A DNA stretch of 64,000 bases from an uncultured Candidatus Saccharibacteria bacterium (GTDB taxonomy: Bacteria > Patescibacteriota > Doudnabacteria > UBA920), in the NCBI GenBank assembly GCA_964473815.1, contig CAYYQK010000005.1, forward strand, positions 3,847 through 67,846, written 5' to 3'. Of this stretch, positions 46,828 to 56,383 are shown piece after piece (the first letter of the stretch is position 1; each line of letters opens with the position of its first letter). The translations under genes and the position numbers were made by a program. Under the pieces are notes generated by a model. It was given only the letters and a program-made list of their open reading frames with translations, searched no databases and was not told the DNA's origin.

Positions 46828-47722
46828 TGCTGCTGCGACGAACGGGTTTTTTCTTCTTCGGTTTCTGCTTTGATAATCGGGCTGAATGACGAGTCATAAT
46901 AACTCCTTCGCGGTGGAAACCTAAATGCAAAGTTTCGCGGGAATGTTTTAGCTTGTCCTGCTTTAACATTTTATTAACCAAGTGCATGGCTTCATCAGCG
47001 TTGTCGACAATTTGGAAAAGATTTACATCCTGTCGGCCTATGGCTTTGTTGTGTCCATAAATAGTTTTATTGATCCAGTCGCTAAGCGGTGTCCAAAACT
47101 TTCTGTTCACTAAAATGACTTTGATCGGCGCAACTTTTTTGGTTTGAATTAAAGTGAGCATTTCGAACAGCTCATCCATGGTGCCGAACCCGCCGGGGAA
47201 GAAAACGTAAACTTGAGATACAGAAGCCAGCATTACCTTGCGAGTAAAGAAATAATGGAACGAGGTTGATTCGTTTACAAATGGGTTAATGCGTTGCTCG
47301 CTCGGCAGTTGAATGTTTAAACCAACTGATTCACCACCATATTTTAGAGCGCCTTCATTGGCTGCTTGCATAATTCCTGGGCCGCCGCCGGTAATTACTG
47401 CAAATCCGGCCTTGGCCAACTCAAAGCCGAGCTTATAGGCTTCTTTGTAAACACCTTTGTCTAAAGTTTCGCGCGCTGAGCCAAAGACAGTGACAGCTTT
47501 TCGGTAATGACGAATAAATTTGTAGCCATTTACAAACTCATTCATGATTTTTATCATCCGGCGGGACGAAAATCCCCCGCGGGCAATGCTAAAAATTGAT
47601 TCTAACTGTCCGGTTGACCAGGCAATATCTTCTTCATTAACATTGGCTGGCAAAACAGCACAAACCTGATGCATGTGCTGGTCTTTGGGGTTGTGAGGAT
47701 TTTTTGGAATTTTGTTACGCAT
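46820..47722 (-). CDS. LOG-family Rossmann-fold nucleotide phosphoribohydrolase
   Basis: VFGSAR, TGGGPGIM and PGGFGTMDE motifs. Confidence 0.92.
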   Translation of the reverse strand: MRNKIPKNPHNPKDQHMHQVCAVLPANVNEEDIAWSTGQLESIFSIARGGFSSRRMIKIMNEFVNGYKFIRHYRKAVTVFGSARETLDKGVYKEAYKLGFELAKAGFAVITGGGPGIMQAANEGALKYGGESVGLNIQLPSEQRINPFVNESTSFHYFFTRKVMLASVSQVYVFFPGGFGTMDELFEMLTLIQTKKVAPIKVILVNRKFWTPLSDWINKTIYGHNKAIGRQDVNLFQIVDNADEAMHLVNKMLKQDKLKHSRETLHLGFHREGVIMTRHSARLSKQKPKKKKPVRRSSIE

Positions 47723-47742
47723 AACTATAGTATACTACAACT

Positions 47743-48264
47743 ATGAAGAAACAAGTTTTCAAGCGCGTCAATGTCAATGATCTGATGCAAAGAAATTATG
47801 TTTATGAGTTAGTCGCGCCTGTAGGTCGGCAATTTGCAGACAATTTTGCACCCGAGCTCACGCCAAAGCAAATGTTAGAGCTGGGTGTGTTCGGCGGAAA
47901 ATATATGACGGACTGCAAAAAAGAATTTCCTGCTAGTTGGTTTAAAAATGCAAAACTCAACCACGACACACATGACAAAGAATTAAATTATTTTAAAATT
48001 AACGCGTCGCAGCCACTGAGTGAGTGGGAACGCAAAGGTTGGATCAATAAACATCATGACCCGCGGGGTTGGTTTCAATGGTACTGTCGATATTATATGG
48101 GGCGCCGTGTTGAAAATTACGATGACATTCAAATCAAAAGGTGGCGCGCTATTCGCCGTCACATTGGGCAAATTAAGAAGCACTGCCATGTTCGCGACCT
48201 CTCTTGCCGCCGCAGACAACGCCAAGCACTCCTGCATTGGGCATATGACAGCCGCAAGATTTGA
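47743..48264 (+). CDS. Conserved hypothetical protein
   Basis: TPKQMLELGVFGG, DPRGWFQWYCRY and RQALLHWA motifs. Confidence 0.75.
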   Translation: MKKQVFKRVNVNDLMQRNYVYELVAPVGRQFADNFAPELTPKQMLELGVFGGKYMTDCKKEFPASWFKNAKLNHDTHDKELNYFKINASQPLSEWERKGWINKHHDPRGWFQWYCRYYMGRRVENYDDIQIKRWRAIRRHIGQIKKHCHVRDLSCRRRQRQALLHWAYDSRKI

Positions 48265-48391
48265 GCATTGACCAAACCGCCAAAAACTGCTAAACTAAGC
48301 ATGCAAGTGAAACTCGTTTTGTGTCAACGTAAGTGGTACCAAATATCGAGCCTATAATAAAAGTCGCCTTGCTCAATATTTGAAAGATAGT

Positions 48392-48691
48392 ATGAATAAC
48401 AAACTTTACGTTGGCAATTTGCCATACTCTACCACTGATGCTTCTTTGGGTGATTTGTTCGCTCAAGCTGGCACAGTTACATCTTCTTCTGTAATCACAG
48501 ATAAGATGTCTGGTCGTAGCAAAGGTTTCGGATTCGTAGAAATGTCTACTCCTGAAGAAGCTCAAGCTGCTATCACTAAGTTCCATGGCCAGGAATTCGA
48601 AGGTCGCGCTCTTACTGTAAGTGAAGCTCGTCCAAAAGAAGACCGTCCACGCCGTGACTTCGGTGGCGACCGCGGTGGTAACAACTGGTAA
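48392..48691 (+). CDS. RRM RNA-binding protein
   Basis: RNP2 LYVGNL and RNP1 KGFGFVEM. Confidence 0.95.
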   Translation: MNNKLYVGNLPYSTTDASLGDLFAQAGTVTSSSVITDKMSGRSKGFGFVEMSTPEEAQAAITKFHGQEFEGRALTVSEARPKEDRPRRDFGGDRGGNNW

Positions 48692-48766
48692 GCTACTTGC
48701 TTAACGCAAAATTTAAAGCCGTTCCGAAAGGAGCGGCTTTTGTTATTAAAATGCTACAATATATAC

Positions 48767-49642
48767 ATGACTTTGAATGAACTTGGCTGGAACAGATATT
48801 CGCGCAAACAGAAAGATGCAGCGCAAACAAAGACCCACGACAACGTGGGTCGTATTGGCGTTGAGAACAAAACCAATTTTGTTTTACACACTGAACATGG
48901 CGAACTAGCCGGAATCATTCAGGGAAAGTTTCGTCATACCACCAAAACTCAAAGCGACTTCCCCAAAGTTGGCGACTGGGTCACATTCAAAAAACTTCAA
49001 GGCGAAGACAAATGCGTCATCGAAAAGGTTTTACCACGGTATTCAATTATTGGTCGGCAAGCTGCTGGTGAAAAAGATAAATTTGATAAAGTATCCAAAA
49101 CTGACAAAAAAATCTATCAAAAATCTCAAAAGAAAAAACTGTACCGTGAACCAGAAATGCAAATTATTGCCGCCAACGTGGACTTGCTATTCATTGTTTT
49201 TGGCCTAGACCAAAGCTACAACGCGCCCTTAATTTCCCGCTACATTACTATGGCTTATGAAGGCGGAGTGGAACCAATTGTAATTTTAAACAAAACTGAC
49301 AAAGCCAAACTAAGTAGTAAGCTCGTCCGTGAGACCGAACAACTTTCGCCTGGTCTGGAAGTGCACGCACTGTCTGCAAAAACCACTATAGGTTTACACA
49401 AACTCGAAGCGCTTATTGAACCAGGACGAACAATTGCGTTCGTTGGGCCAAGCGGCGCAGGCAAATCAACTTTAATTAATGCGCTAATTGGTAGCAAAGT
49501 ACAGGCCACTGGCGAAGTTCGACTCGTAGATGCCAAAGGTCGCCACACCACCACGCGCCGCGAAATGTTCATTCTACCTCACGGTGGCATCTTAATAGAC
49601 ACACCCGGAATCCGCGAACTAGAAAACATTTCTTTAAAGTAA
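48767..49642 (+). CDS. rsgA: Ribosome small subunit-dependent GTPase A lacking the C-terminal zinc finger
   Basis: VGDWV, AANVD, NKTD, GPSGAGKS, GRHTTT and DTPG motifs; stop 10 residues after DTPG. Confidence 0.88.
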   Translation: MTLNELGWNRYSRKQKDAAQTKTHDNVGRIGVENKTNFVLHTEHGELAGIIQGKFRHTTKTQSDFPKVGDWVTFKKLQGEDKCVIEKVLPRYSIIGRQAAGEKDKFDKVSKTDKKIYQKSQKKKLYREPEMQIIAANVDLLFIVFGLDQSYNAPLISRYITMAYEGGVEPIVILNKTDKAKLSSKLVRETEQLSPGLEVHALSAKTTIGLHKLEALIEPGRTIAFVGPSGAGKSTLINALIGSKVQATGEVRLVDAKGRHTTTRREMFILPHGGILIDTPGIRELENISLK

Positions 49643-49693
49643 AGTTGATACGAGCTTAGATTGACAACTTCATCAATATACATTAAGCTATAT

Positions 49694-50125
49694 TTACAAA
49701 TTGCCATATGGCACTCGAGGAGCCCTTACGGGCTCCGTTTTTATTGAATTAAAAAATTGAAATTTTATATTTTCAAATTCTTTAGTATTCATTTTTCTTA
49801 TTCTTCTTAAAAACCGCTTTGTACTTAAAACTCGGGCTTGAGACAATAAAATTGATGTCCTCAATTTATTATGAATTGTGGGTAAATAGTACTTATTTAT
49901 TTTATTTTTAGAACTCAAAGGTAATATTAAAACCAAATCAGCACTATATTTTTTCAAAACCAAAACCGGCCTTTCGTACAAATTATTCTTCCCATCCTGT
50001 TCAAAACCTATATTTAAACCTAGTGAACACCACCAAATTTCTCTTTCTCTAAATTTTGGGCTAACGCGGTTGGTATAATGCAACTTTTTCTTAAGAGTAT
50101 TCCATTTGTCAAAATCTTTTCGCAT
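49694..50125 (-). CDS. PemK/MazF-family toxin-like endoribonuclease (orphan)
   Basis: REIWWCSLGLNIGFEQDGK, RPVLVL, LPLSS and SQARVLS motifs; AT-rich. Confidence 0.82.
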   Translation of the reverse strand: MRKDFDKWNTLKKKLHYTNRVSPKFREREIWWCSLGLNIGFEQDGKNNLYERPVLVLKKYSADLVLILPLSSKNKINKYYLPTIHNKLRTSILLSQARVLSTKRFLRRIRKMNTKEFENIKFQFFNSIKTEPVRAPRVPYGNL

Positions 50126-50248
50126 TTCTTAAACATAGCATGATCATACTCAAGAAAACTTAAAGTCTAGATAAAGTTTTCCTGAATTTCATAATAATAA
50201 ACAGCGCTAGCATTACACAGCGCTGCTTTCAATTTAATCTTTTTTCAA

Positions 50249-50710
50249 CTAACCCCGATACTTTTGCTCGCCTTTCGTACCCTTATGCTTGGGACACTGA
50301 CAAACTCCCTTGATAAATTCATCCCAATACTCTTTACCGTAATCGTAGAATAATTCTTCGCCTGGTTTAATATTGCGGGTGCAGCGAATTTTTATGCGCA
50401 TCCCGTATTGCACTGGCTCGCAATTTGTCTTTACACAAGAGTGATTAATGTATCGCGCAATGTTATCGCGTGCGTCACCACTAATTGTCCAGTCTTTACC
50501 CAGAGCAAATAGATACTTGCCGCCCTTGCGGTCAACTTCGTCATCATTTAATAATGGGCCGGTATACTCAATAATAAAGCTCCCTTTCTTGATAGGTGCT
50601 GTGGCGAATAATCCCAGGCCGGCAATAGATTTTTTGACTTCTAATTTATCGCGCTGGTCTTTTTCTTTGATTTTTGGCCGGCGCGGAACTTTAAATTTTT
50701 TTTGTGGCAT
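50249..50710 (-). CDS. SET-domain protein-lysine methyltransferase
   Basis: GLGLFA, EYTG, RYINHSC, GEELFYDY and post-SET CQC motifs. Confidence 0.92.
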   Translation of the reverse strand: MPQKKFKVPRRPKIKEKDQRDKLEVKKSIAGLGLFATAPIKKGSFIIEYTGPLLNDDEVDRKGGKYLFALGKDWTISGDARDNIARYINHSCVKTNCEPVQYGMRIKIRCTRNIKPGEELFYDYGKEYWDEFIKGVCQCPKHKGTKGEQKYRG

Positions 50711-50716
50711 TAACTG

Positions 50717-51091
50717 TTATTCTTCCTTCTCTTCTTCTGACTCTTCAGGTTCTTCCTCAGAATCTTCTTGCATTGTAGATGCGAGTGGTTTTTTACCAAC
50801 GCTGTGCATCAATTTGTTAACTGGTACGACTACAAAATAGTAAACTACTAAAGCGACAATTAAGAAAGTGATGGCTGCGTTTAGAAAATTACCATACATT
50901 ATTTTACTGCCATTGATAGTTAGCACCCAATTAGAAAAATCGGGTTGTTTAAAAATGGCAGCAATAACCGGGGTGATGATGTCCTTAACCAATGAGTTTA
51001 CAATCGAAGTAAACGCTGCACCAATGACCACACCAATCGCCAAGTCCACCACATTCCCCCGCATTATAAAAGTTTTGAATCCTTTGTCCAT
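50717..51091 (-). CDS. mscL: Large-conductance mechanosensitive channel
   Basis: FIMRGNVVDLAIGVVIGAAF and YGNFL motifs. Confidence 0.95.
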   Translation of the reverse strand: MDKGFKTFIMRGNVVDLAIGVVIGAAFTSIVNSLVKDIITPVIAAIFKQPDFSNWVLTINGSKIMYGNFLNAAITFLIVALVVYYFVVVPVNKLMHSVGKKPLASTMQEDSEEEPEESEEEKEE

Positions 51092-51103
51092 ATACTTTTT
51101 AAA

Positions 51104-51760
51104 TTATTTATTAAGGGCTTCGTCTATCAATTTTTTTAGATCTTCTTTTGAAGGCACGCTTTGGCTATCAACTTTAACTCCGTTAACATAGAAAGTTGGG
51201 GTACCGTTTAAACCAAGCGAGTCAGCATCTTTTAAGTCAGCATTAATTATATCTTTTGACAGGTGCTGAGACATTTCCACTTTAAATTTGTCAGTATCAA
51301 GTCCCAAGCTTCCTGCGTAAGCAATTAGAGTATCTGTAGGGTCTGGCATAGTACTCCATTCACTCTGTTTGTCATACAACAGGTCATGCATTTCCCAGAA
51401 CTTCCCTTGCTTCGCTGCAGCTTCAGCTGCTTCTGCACCAACACGGGCATTAGGGTGAATACTTTCCAGCGGAAATTCTCGCCAGACAAAGTTCACATCT
51501 TTATCTTTATACTCTTCCATTAATTGCTTAAATTCTGGGTAAGCTTTTTCACAAGCCGGACACTCAAAGTCTCCAAACTCAACTACATTCACTTTTGCGC
51601 TGGAAGATTTTGTCATGTGGCTAGTGTCACGGATGAGTGATTGCGAATCTACCGCCTTCCCAGGTTCAGCGCTGCGCGGATTGGCAAAAATAGCCAAGGC
51701 CACTCCAGCTGCCACTACTACAATCGCAATGGCAATAATAATTTTTGCTTCTTTAGACAT
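51104..51760 (-). CDS. DsbA-family (BdbD-like) thiol-disulfide oxidoreductase
   Basis: EFGDFECPAC and GTPTF motifs; N-terminal TM. Confidence 0.92.
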   Translation of the reverse strand: MSKEAKIIIAIAIVVVAAGVALAIFANPRSAEPGKAVDSQSLIRDTSHMTKSSSAKVNVVEFGDFECPACEKAYPEFKQLMEEYKDKDVNFVWREFPLESIHPNARVGAEAAEAAAKQGKFWEMHDLLYDKQSEWSTMPDPTDTLIAYAGSLGLDTDKFKVEMSQHLSKDIINADLKDADSLGLNGTPTFYVNGVKVDSQSVPSKEDLKKLIDEALNK

Positions 51761-51761
51761 T

Positions 51762-52190
51762 TTATTCAGCTCCTTTGGAAGATTTCCAATAAATAATTAA
51801 TGCGATACCAATTGCTGTGAACCCTGCGAATGACAAAAATGGAATTGTAATGAAATGAAACCACTCAATAAATTTTGTTGTGCAAGATACACCAGCTAAA
51901 CATGGCGCTGCAGCTTCTGGTAAAATTTTGTAATAAAGCAGGTTGTGATAGACAGCGATTACCCACCCTATTGGCAATAAAATAAATGCCGGCAAGATCA
52001 TGTCGCGGCTTTTTTTATAAATAGAAAAGCCCAAAATTGCCACTAAAGGATACATGCACACCCGCTGATACCAACATAAAACGCACGGGGGAAAATGCGC
52101 GATTTGGCTAAAATACAAACTCCCTAACGTAGCTATTAAGGCAATCGCAAATGCTCCATATAAAGCATTTTCTTTTATAAAGTTTTTCAT
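51762..52190 (-). CDS. DsbB/BdbC-family disulfide bond formation protein
   Basis: GSLYFS and PCVLCWYQR motifs. Confidence 0.92.
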   Translation of the reverse strand: MKNFIKENALYGAFAIALIATLGSLYFSQIAHFPPCVLCWYQRVCMYPLVAILGFSIYKKSRDMILPAFILLPIGWVIAVYHNLLYYKILPEAAAPCLAGVSCTTKFIEWFHFITIPFLSFAGFTAIGIALIIYWKSSKGAE

Positions 52191-52220
52191 AAATCAATTA
52201 TATCATGTTAGGATAAGCTT

Positions 52221-53540
52221 ATGAAGAAGGTCTTTTTGTACATAGTTCTGGCGGGATTTACCATCGGAATTATTGGCGCATGGTGGCATGGGGCTCAAGA
52301 TTTGTTAGCTGCCGGTGACATTAATAGTGATTTAATAGTTCTAGGACGATTGCTTGGTTTAACGGCGGCTTTCTTATTGCCATTGCAATTAATCCTGATT
52401 GGTCGGGTAAAATGGGTTGAAACTGTTTTTGGTTTAGATAAGTTGTCGCGCCTGCATCGTACAAATGGTTTAATTATTCTGGCTCTAATTCTAGCTCACC
52501 CAATCATAATTATTTGGGCTTATTCAAAATTTGCTCAGGTTAGTTTTGTTGGACAGTATTTGCAATTTTTAAGTGGTCATATTGGTCAAATCTTACAAGC
52601 TACAATTGGGGTAGGAATTCTTCTTGCCACTATTATTTTGTCATTAACCATCGTTCGCAAAAAATTAAAATATGAGTGGTGGTATTATGTTCATGTTTTC
52701 AATTACGTAGCGATTTTTTTCATTTTTTTGCATGTAAAATATCAGACTAGCACTTCGCAATATTGGGAATGGCCAGCGCTCTGGATTGCTATTTATATTT
52801 TAACTGCTTTGAACGTAATTTGGTTTCGTTTTACTCGGCCAATTTTGCTAACCCTGCAGCATCAGTTTGCAGTTGGCCGTGTTGAAGACTTGGGTCTGGC
52901 GACCTCTATATATATTACTGGAAAAAATATGGAAAAATTTCATATTGATGCCGGACAATTTATGATTTTCCGTTTTTTGCAAAATGGATTTTGGTTGCAA
53001 GCACATCCATTTTCCATGTCAGAGGCACCTAACGGACATGAAATTCGATTGACCGCGAAGAAACTAGGAGATTTTACTAAAACGTTGCCACAAATTAAAG
53101 TTGGCACTCGGGTTATTATTGATGGGCCGCACGGTGTCTTCACCGAAAAACTCGCCACCAAAGAAAAGTTGTTGTTCATTGCCGGCGGAATTGGGATCAC
53201 TCCAATTCGTTCCATGTTTGAGGATATGGGCACGCGGCATCCAGACAAAATATTATTGTTCAGCAACAAGTCGCCGAGTGAACGAATTTTAGGAAATGAA
53301 GTAGACGCCTTAAGTTCGCAAAATAATTTTAAAATAATTGATATTTTTTCAGACACCAAAGTTCCTGACAAGGAATATGGTCGTCTCGACAAAGATATAC
53401 TCGCCCGACTTGTGCCTGACATTAAGGACCGAGATATTTTCTTGTGTGGTCCTCCGCCAATGTTAAAGGCCATACGCGCTGCGCTATCTGAACTCGGCGT
53501 GCCAAAATCACAGATACATTTTGAACGCTTTGCTCTTTGA
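52221..53540 (+). CDS. Ferric-reductase-like membrane protein with an FAD/NAD(P)-binding domain
   Basis: TM His pairs; HPFS, DGPHG, AGGIGITP, CGP and HFERF motifs. Confidence 0.9.
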   Translation: MKKVFLYIVLAGFTIGIIGAWWHGAQDLLAAGDINSDLIVLGRLLGLTAAFLLPLQLILIGRVKWVETVFGLDKLSRLHRTNGLIILALILAHPIIIIWAYSKFAQVSFVGQYLQFLSGHIGQILQATIGVGILLATIILSLTIVRKKLKYEWWYYVHVFNYVAIFFIFLHVKYQTSTSQYWEWPALWIAIYILTALNVIWFRFTRPILLTLQHQFAVGRVEDLGLATSIYITGKNMEKFHIDAGQFMIFRFLQNGFWLQAHPFSMSEAPNGHEIRLTAKKLGDFTKTLPQIKVGTRVIIDGPHGVFTEKLATKEKLLFIAGGIGITPIRSMFEDMGTRHPDKILLFSNKSPSERILGNEVDALSSQNNFKIIDIFSDTKVPDKEYGRLDKDILARLVPDIKDRDIFLCGPPPMLKAIRAALSELGVPKSQIHFERFAL

Positions 53541-53604
53541 CAAATACCACTCTCTGTGGTATTTTTCATCAAAATCAAACTATCAAAACTTAGAGGGAGG
53601 GAAA

Positions 53605-54033
53605 ATGGATATATTCAAAAATCTGATTTTTAATGCTGTGTTTTCTGGTTTGCTATTCGGGTCCTGGCCGCTCATCAACAAAGAATCAGGGCTGAATTCT
53701 TACGCATCGGCTACGGTTTATTGCTTTATTGTGCTTTGCTTTGTTGGCGGACTTACTCTGATCAACGGCGTGGGCGACTTAAGCGAAGTAAAGTGGCGGT
53801 ATTCACTTGCTGCTGGTTTGGTTGGTGGGGTCGCGCTTGCATCGTTTGCATATGCGATCACTCACGCCACAAAATCAGAGGCTGGAAATTTTTTTCTCAT
53901 TACACTGTTGTGTCAAATGTTGAGCCCAACCATTTATACGATAGTTGTAAACTGGGAACGTGATGGATTCCCGTCGGCTAAAAAGACGGCCGGGATTATT
54001 GGTGTGTTTGTGGTAGCATATCTGTTGGGGTAA
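53605..54033 (+). CDS. EamA/DMT-like membrane protein
   Basis: RBS ggaggg; about 5 TMs. Confidence 0.6.
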   Translation: MDIFKNLIFNAVFSGLLFGSWPLINKESGLNSYASATVYCFIVLCFVGGLTLINGVGDLSEVKWRYSLAAGLVGGVALASFAYAITHATKSEAGNFFLITLLCQMLSPTIYTIVVNWERDGFPSAKKTAGIIGVFVVAYLLG

Positions 54034-54082
54034 TACCTGTTGTGTCGACTGAGACCGGACTTTCTTACGAAAGTCCGGTTAT

Positions 54083-54189
54083 TTTTTCTTAAGTTTTTCT
54101 TTATCTTTCCTTTATATTTTCTTAAGGAAAACTTGTCCCCTGCTTGTCCACATTTCCGCATTGACATGCGGAAAAGATATGCTTATCAT
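54083..54189 (+). promoter_or_regulatory. Promoter TTGACA-N17-TATCAT with upstream 11-bp tandem repeats and a 9-bp inverted repeat across the -35 box
   Basis: Repeats at 54083-54126; tttccgcat-tgac-atgcggaaa at 54153-54174; -10 at 54184-54189. Confidence 0.6.
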
Positions 54190-54258
54190 AATTCCTTACC
54201 CAATATTTTTTAACTGTGTCATCGGGTGTAGGATGACACTGCTTGGAGTAACACAAGT

Positions 54259-54930
54259 ATGCGAATGTTAATTATTTCTAACGATGAAGTTGCGGCTTCA
54301 GAATTATTACGCGGGTTTAGGTCTGCAGGGTTCAGTGTTGACCATGCTCTGGAAAGTGAACAAGGTTCATTCTGGGCCCGCACTACAGATTATGATTTAG
54401 TTTTAATTGATGATCAGGAAGAAGAACGCGCCATTAATGTTTGTAAACACATTCGTTCATTGCGTAAGACTATGCCAATCGTGGTAATTTCCGATCATGC
54501 CGAAGCGCCGCGTAAAGTTGCAATGCTTAATGCCGGTGCCGATGACTGCGTAAGCAAAGATTGTTCTTTAGTCGAACTGAATGCACGCGTACGTGCAATA
54601 ATGCGCAGGCCAAAAAATATCGCTGATGATGTTCTTCGGGTTGATGATCTGCAAATGAACATCAATGCTTACGAGGTTACGCGTGCGCGCAAATCTGTTC
54701 GCCTTACCCGCAAAGAGTTTGGTTTGCTGGAATATTTATTGCGTAACAAAGGCCGTGTCATTCCCCGCACCGCATTAATTGAGCATGTCTGGGACATCCA
54801 TGCTGATTTATTTTCCAACACTTTAGAAACACACATTTTAAACTTAAGAAGAAAAATTGAAGCTCAAGGGAAGCGGAAACTAATTCATACTATCAATGGC
54901 CGCGGATACAAGCTGGCGGTAAGGCGTTGA
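54259..54930 (+). CDS. OmpR/PhoB-family response regulator (orphan, atypical receiver)
   Basis: GADD, LTRKEFGLL, LRRKI and IHTINGRGY motifs. Confidence 0.9.
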   Translation: MRMLIISNDEVAASELLRGFRSAGFSVDHALESEQGSFWARTTDYDLVLIDDQEEERAINVCKHIRSLRKTMPIVVISDHAEAPRKVAMLNAGADDCVSKDCSLVELNARVRAIMRRPKNIADDVLRVDDLQMNINAYEVTRARKSVRLTRKEFGLLEYLLRNKGRVIPRTALIEHVWDIHADLFSNTLETHILNLRRKIEAQGKRKLIHTINGRGYKLAVRR

Positions 54931-54977
54931 CCGGTCAACATTAGGAGCGTATACTTATTTATTAAGTATGCCTCTTT

Positions 54978-55550
54978 ATGAGAAAAATAATCGACGAAAT
55001 CAAACGAATCTGGACTAATTTTACCCCTGCAGGACAACGCACTTTTGGTGTAATTTTGCTGTGTTTCCTCGTCTTGGGGACTTATGCGGTTTACAAAAAC
55101 AGTCGGGAAAATGATAATAATCCGAAACCCACCATTGAAGAATTGCACCCAGATATTGGCGAAGCATTACCCCCTGATGTACAAGCACCACCGGAAAAAT
55201 CTGGTGTAAAAGTAGGTGCGACTGTTCCCGATGACAAGGGTACTGTTGCCGGTGAAAGTACAAATGATAAAGTCGCGACAAATTATTTAGCGCCCACCAC
55301 AGGCTCTGACTCTCTACCGTTTACTGTTTCCTCTTACGAAGCAGGTAATGAAACTCTTGCCACTTTAAATGCGCAACTAAAACTAAGTCTAGATGTATCA
55401 GAAATTACGGAAACAAATTTTGACAGTAATCTAGCTTTACAATTTAAAACCAAGCAGTCTGGTGACGGCCTGGTCTTTATATCAAACAATAAAATTTTCT
55501 ACCTTTACGGAAACAGTAAAGATTTTTCTAAATTTCAACTTCCCCGTTAG
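54978..55550 (+). CDS. Membrane-anchored hypothetical protein
   Basis: N-terminal TM. Confidence 0.6.
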   Translation: MRKIIDEIKRIWTNFTPAGQRTFGVILLCFLVLGTYAVYKNSRENDNNPKPTIEELHPDIGEALPPDVQAPPEKSGVKVGATVPDDKGTVAGESTNDKVATNYLAPTTGSDSLPFTVSSYEAGNETLATLNAQLKLSLDVSEITETNFDSNLALQFKTKQSGDGLVFISNNKIFYLYGNSKDFSKFQLPR

Positions 55551-56265
55551 CCGAAATTTTGACAGTATAAACTGGCAAGTCTTTTGCTAATCGCTGCAAA
55601 GTTTCTGTTAACTGCTTACCAAACGCATCATCTAACGCTTTTCGAACTTGCGGTTCTTCTACAACGACTCCTTGTTCAGCAAGAACAGCTTGAGTTGTTT
55701 TGGCAATTTTGCTAAGCTGGTCGTCATGTAAAGTTTTTTGATACACAAATACTTCCTGCACTTCTTCGCCATTTCGCAATAATGGTTTTATTCCGTAATC
55801 TTCTGAGTCTATAACTATTACTCCCTGCTCGGCGTGATCCCCATGTACAGTTTCTTGCTGTGCACCTTTTTTAATTAAGTGAGGCAAGGCTTCAAAAATT
55901 GAATCAATTTGCTCTTGCTGCAAACCATAAGCAGCCGGATAAAATTTCGCTTGTTTTAAATGACCGCAACCGAGCCCCGGAACAGAATTTTCAGCATGCT
56001 CATCAGTATGGAAACGAAAATTTTGTTCACCACCAATACTGTCAGCAATAATTTTTACAACTTCATCGCTAGCTAAACTTTGGCCGAGCAAATTTAAAGC
56101 AGCAAACAAAGCCATCACATCACCGGCATCGCCACCCGGCTTAGCAGCCAAAGGCATGTCCGGGATGTTTTCGTAACGGCCATCAACGCAGCGAGCCAGT
56201 TTATTAGTTTCAGAAATTGGAAGTTTGGCAGATTCTACAAATTTTAACGCTTGTTCTTCAGACAT
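55528..56265 (-). CDS. Putative cadmium-type (zeta-class-like) carbonic anhydrase repeat protein
   Basis: RCVDGR, PGGDAG, HTDEH...GCGH and GDHAE motifs. Confidence 0.6.
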   Translation of the reverse strand: MSEEQALKFVESAKLPISETNKLARCVDGRYENIPDMPLAAKPGGDAGDVMALFAALNLLGQSLASDEVVKIIADSIGGEQNFRFHTDEHAENSVPGLGCGHLKQAKFYPAAYGLQQEQIDSIFEALPHLIKKGAQQETVHGDHAEQGVIVIDSEDYGIKPLLRNGEEVQEVFVYQKTLHDDQLSKIAKTTQAVLAEQGVVVEEPQVRKALDDAFGKQLTETLQRLAKDLPVYTVKISANGEVEI

Positions 56266-56383
56266 AAAAAATAAAATTATTAGTTGTGTTCCATCAAATC
56301 TTAAGGAATTTTTAGGTTTGAGTCAATAAAAAAAGCCCATCGCAAGACAGGCTCTAAAAAAGCATTTTGCTATATTTCGAAGT

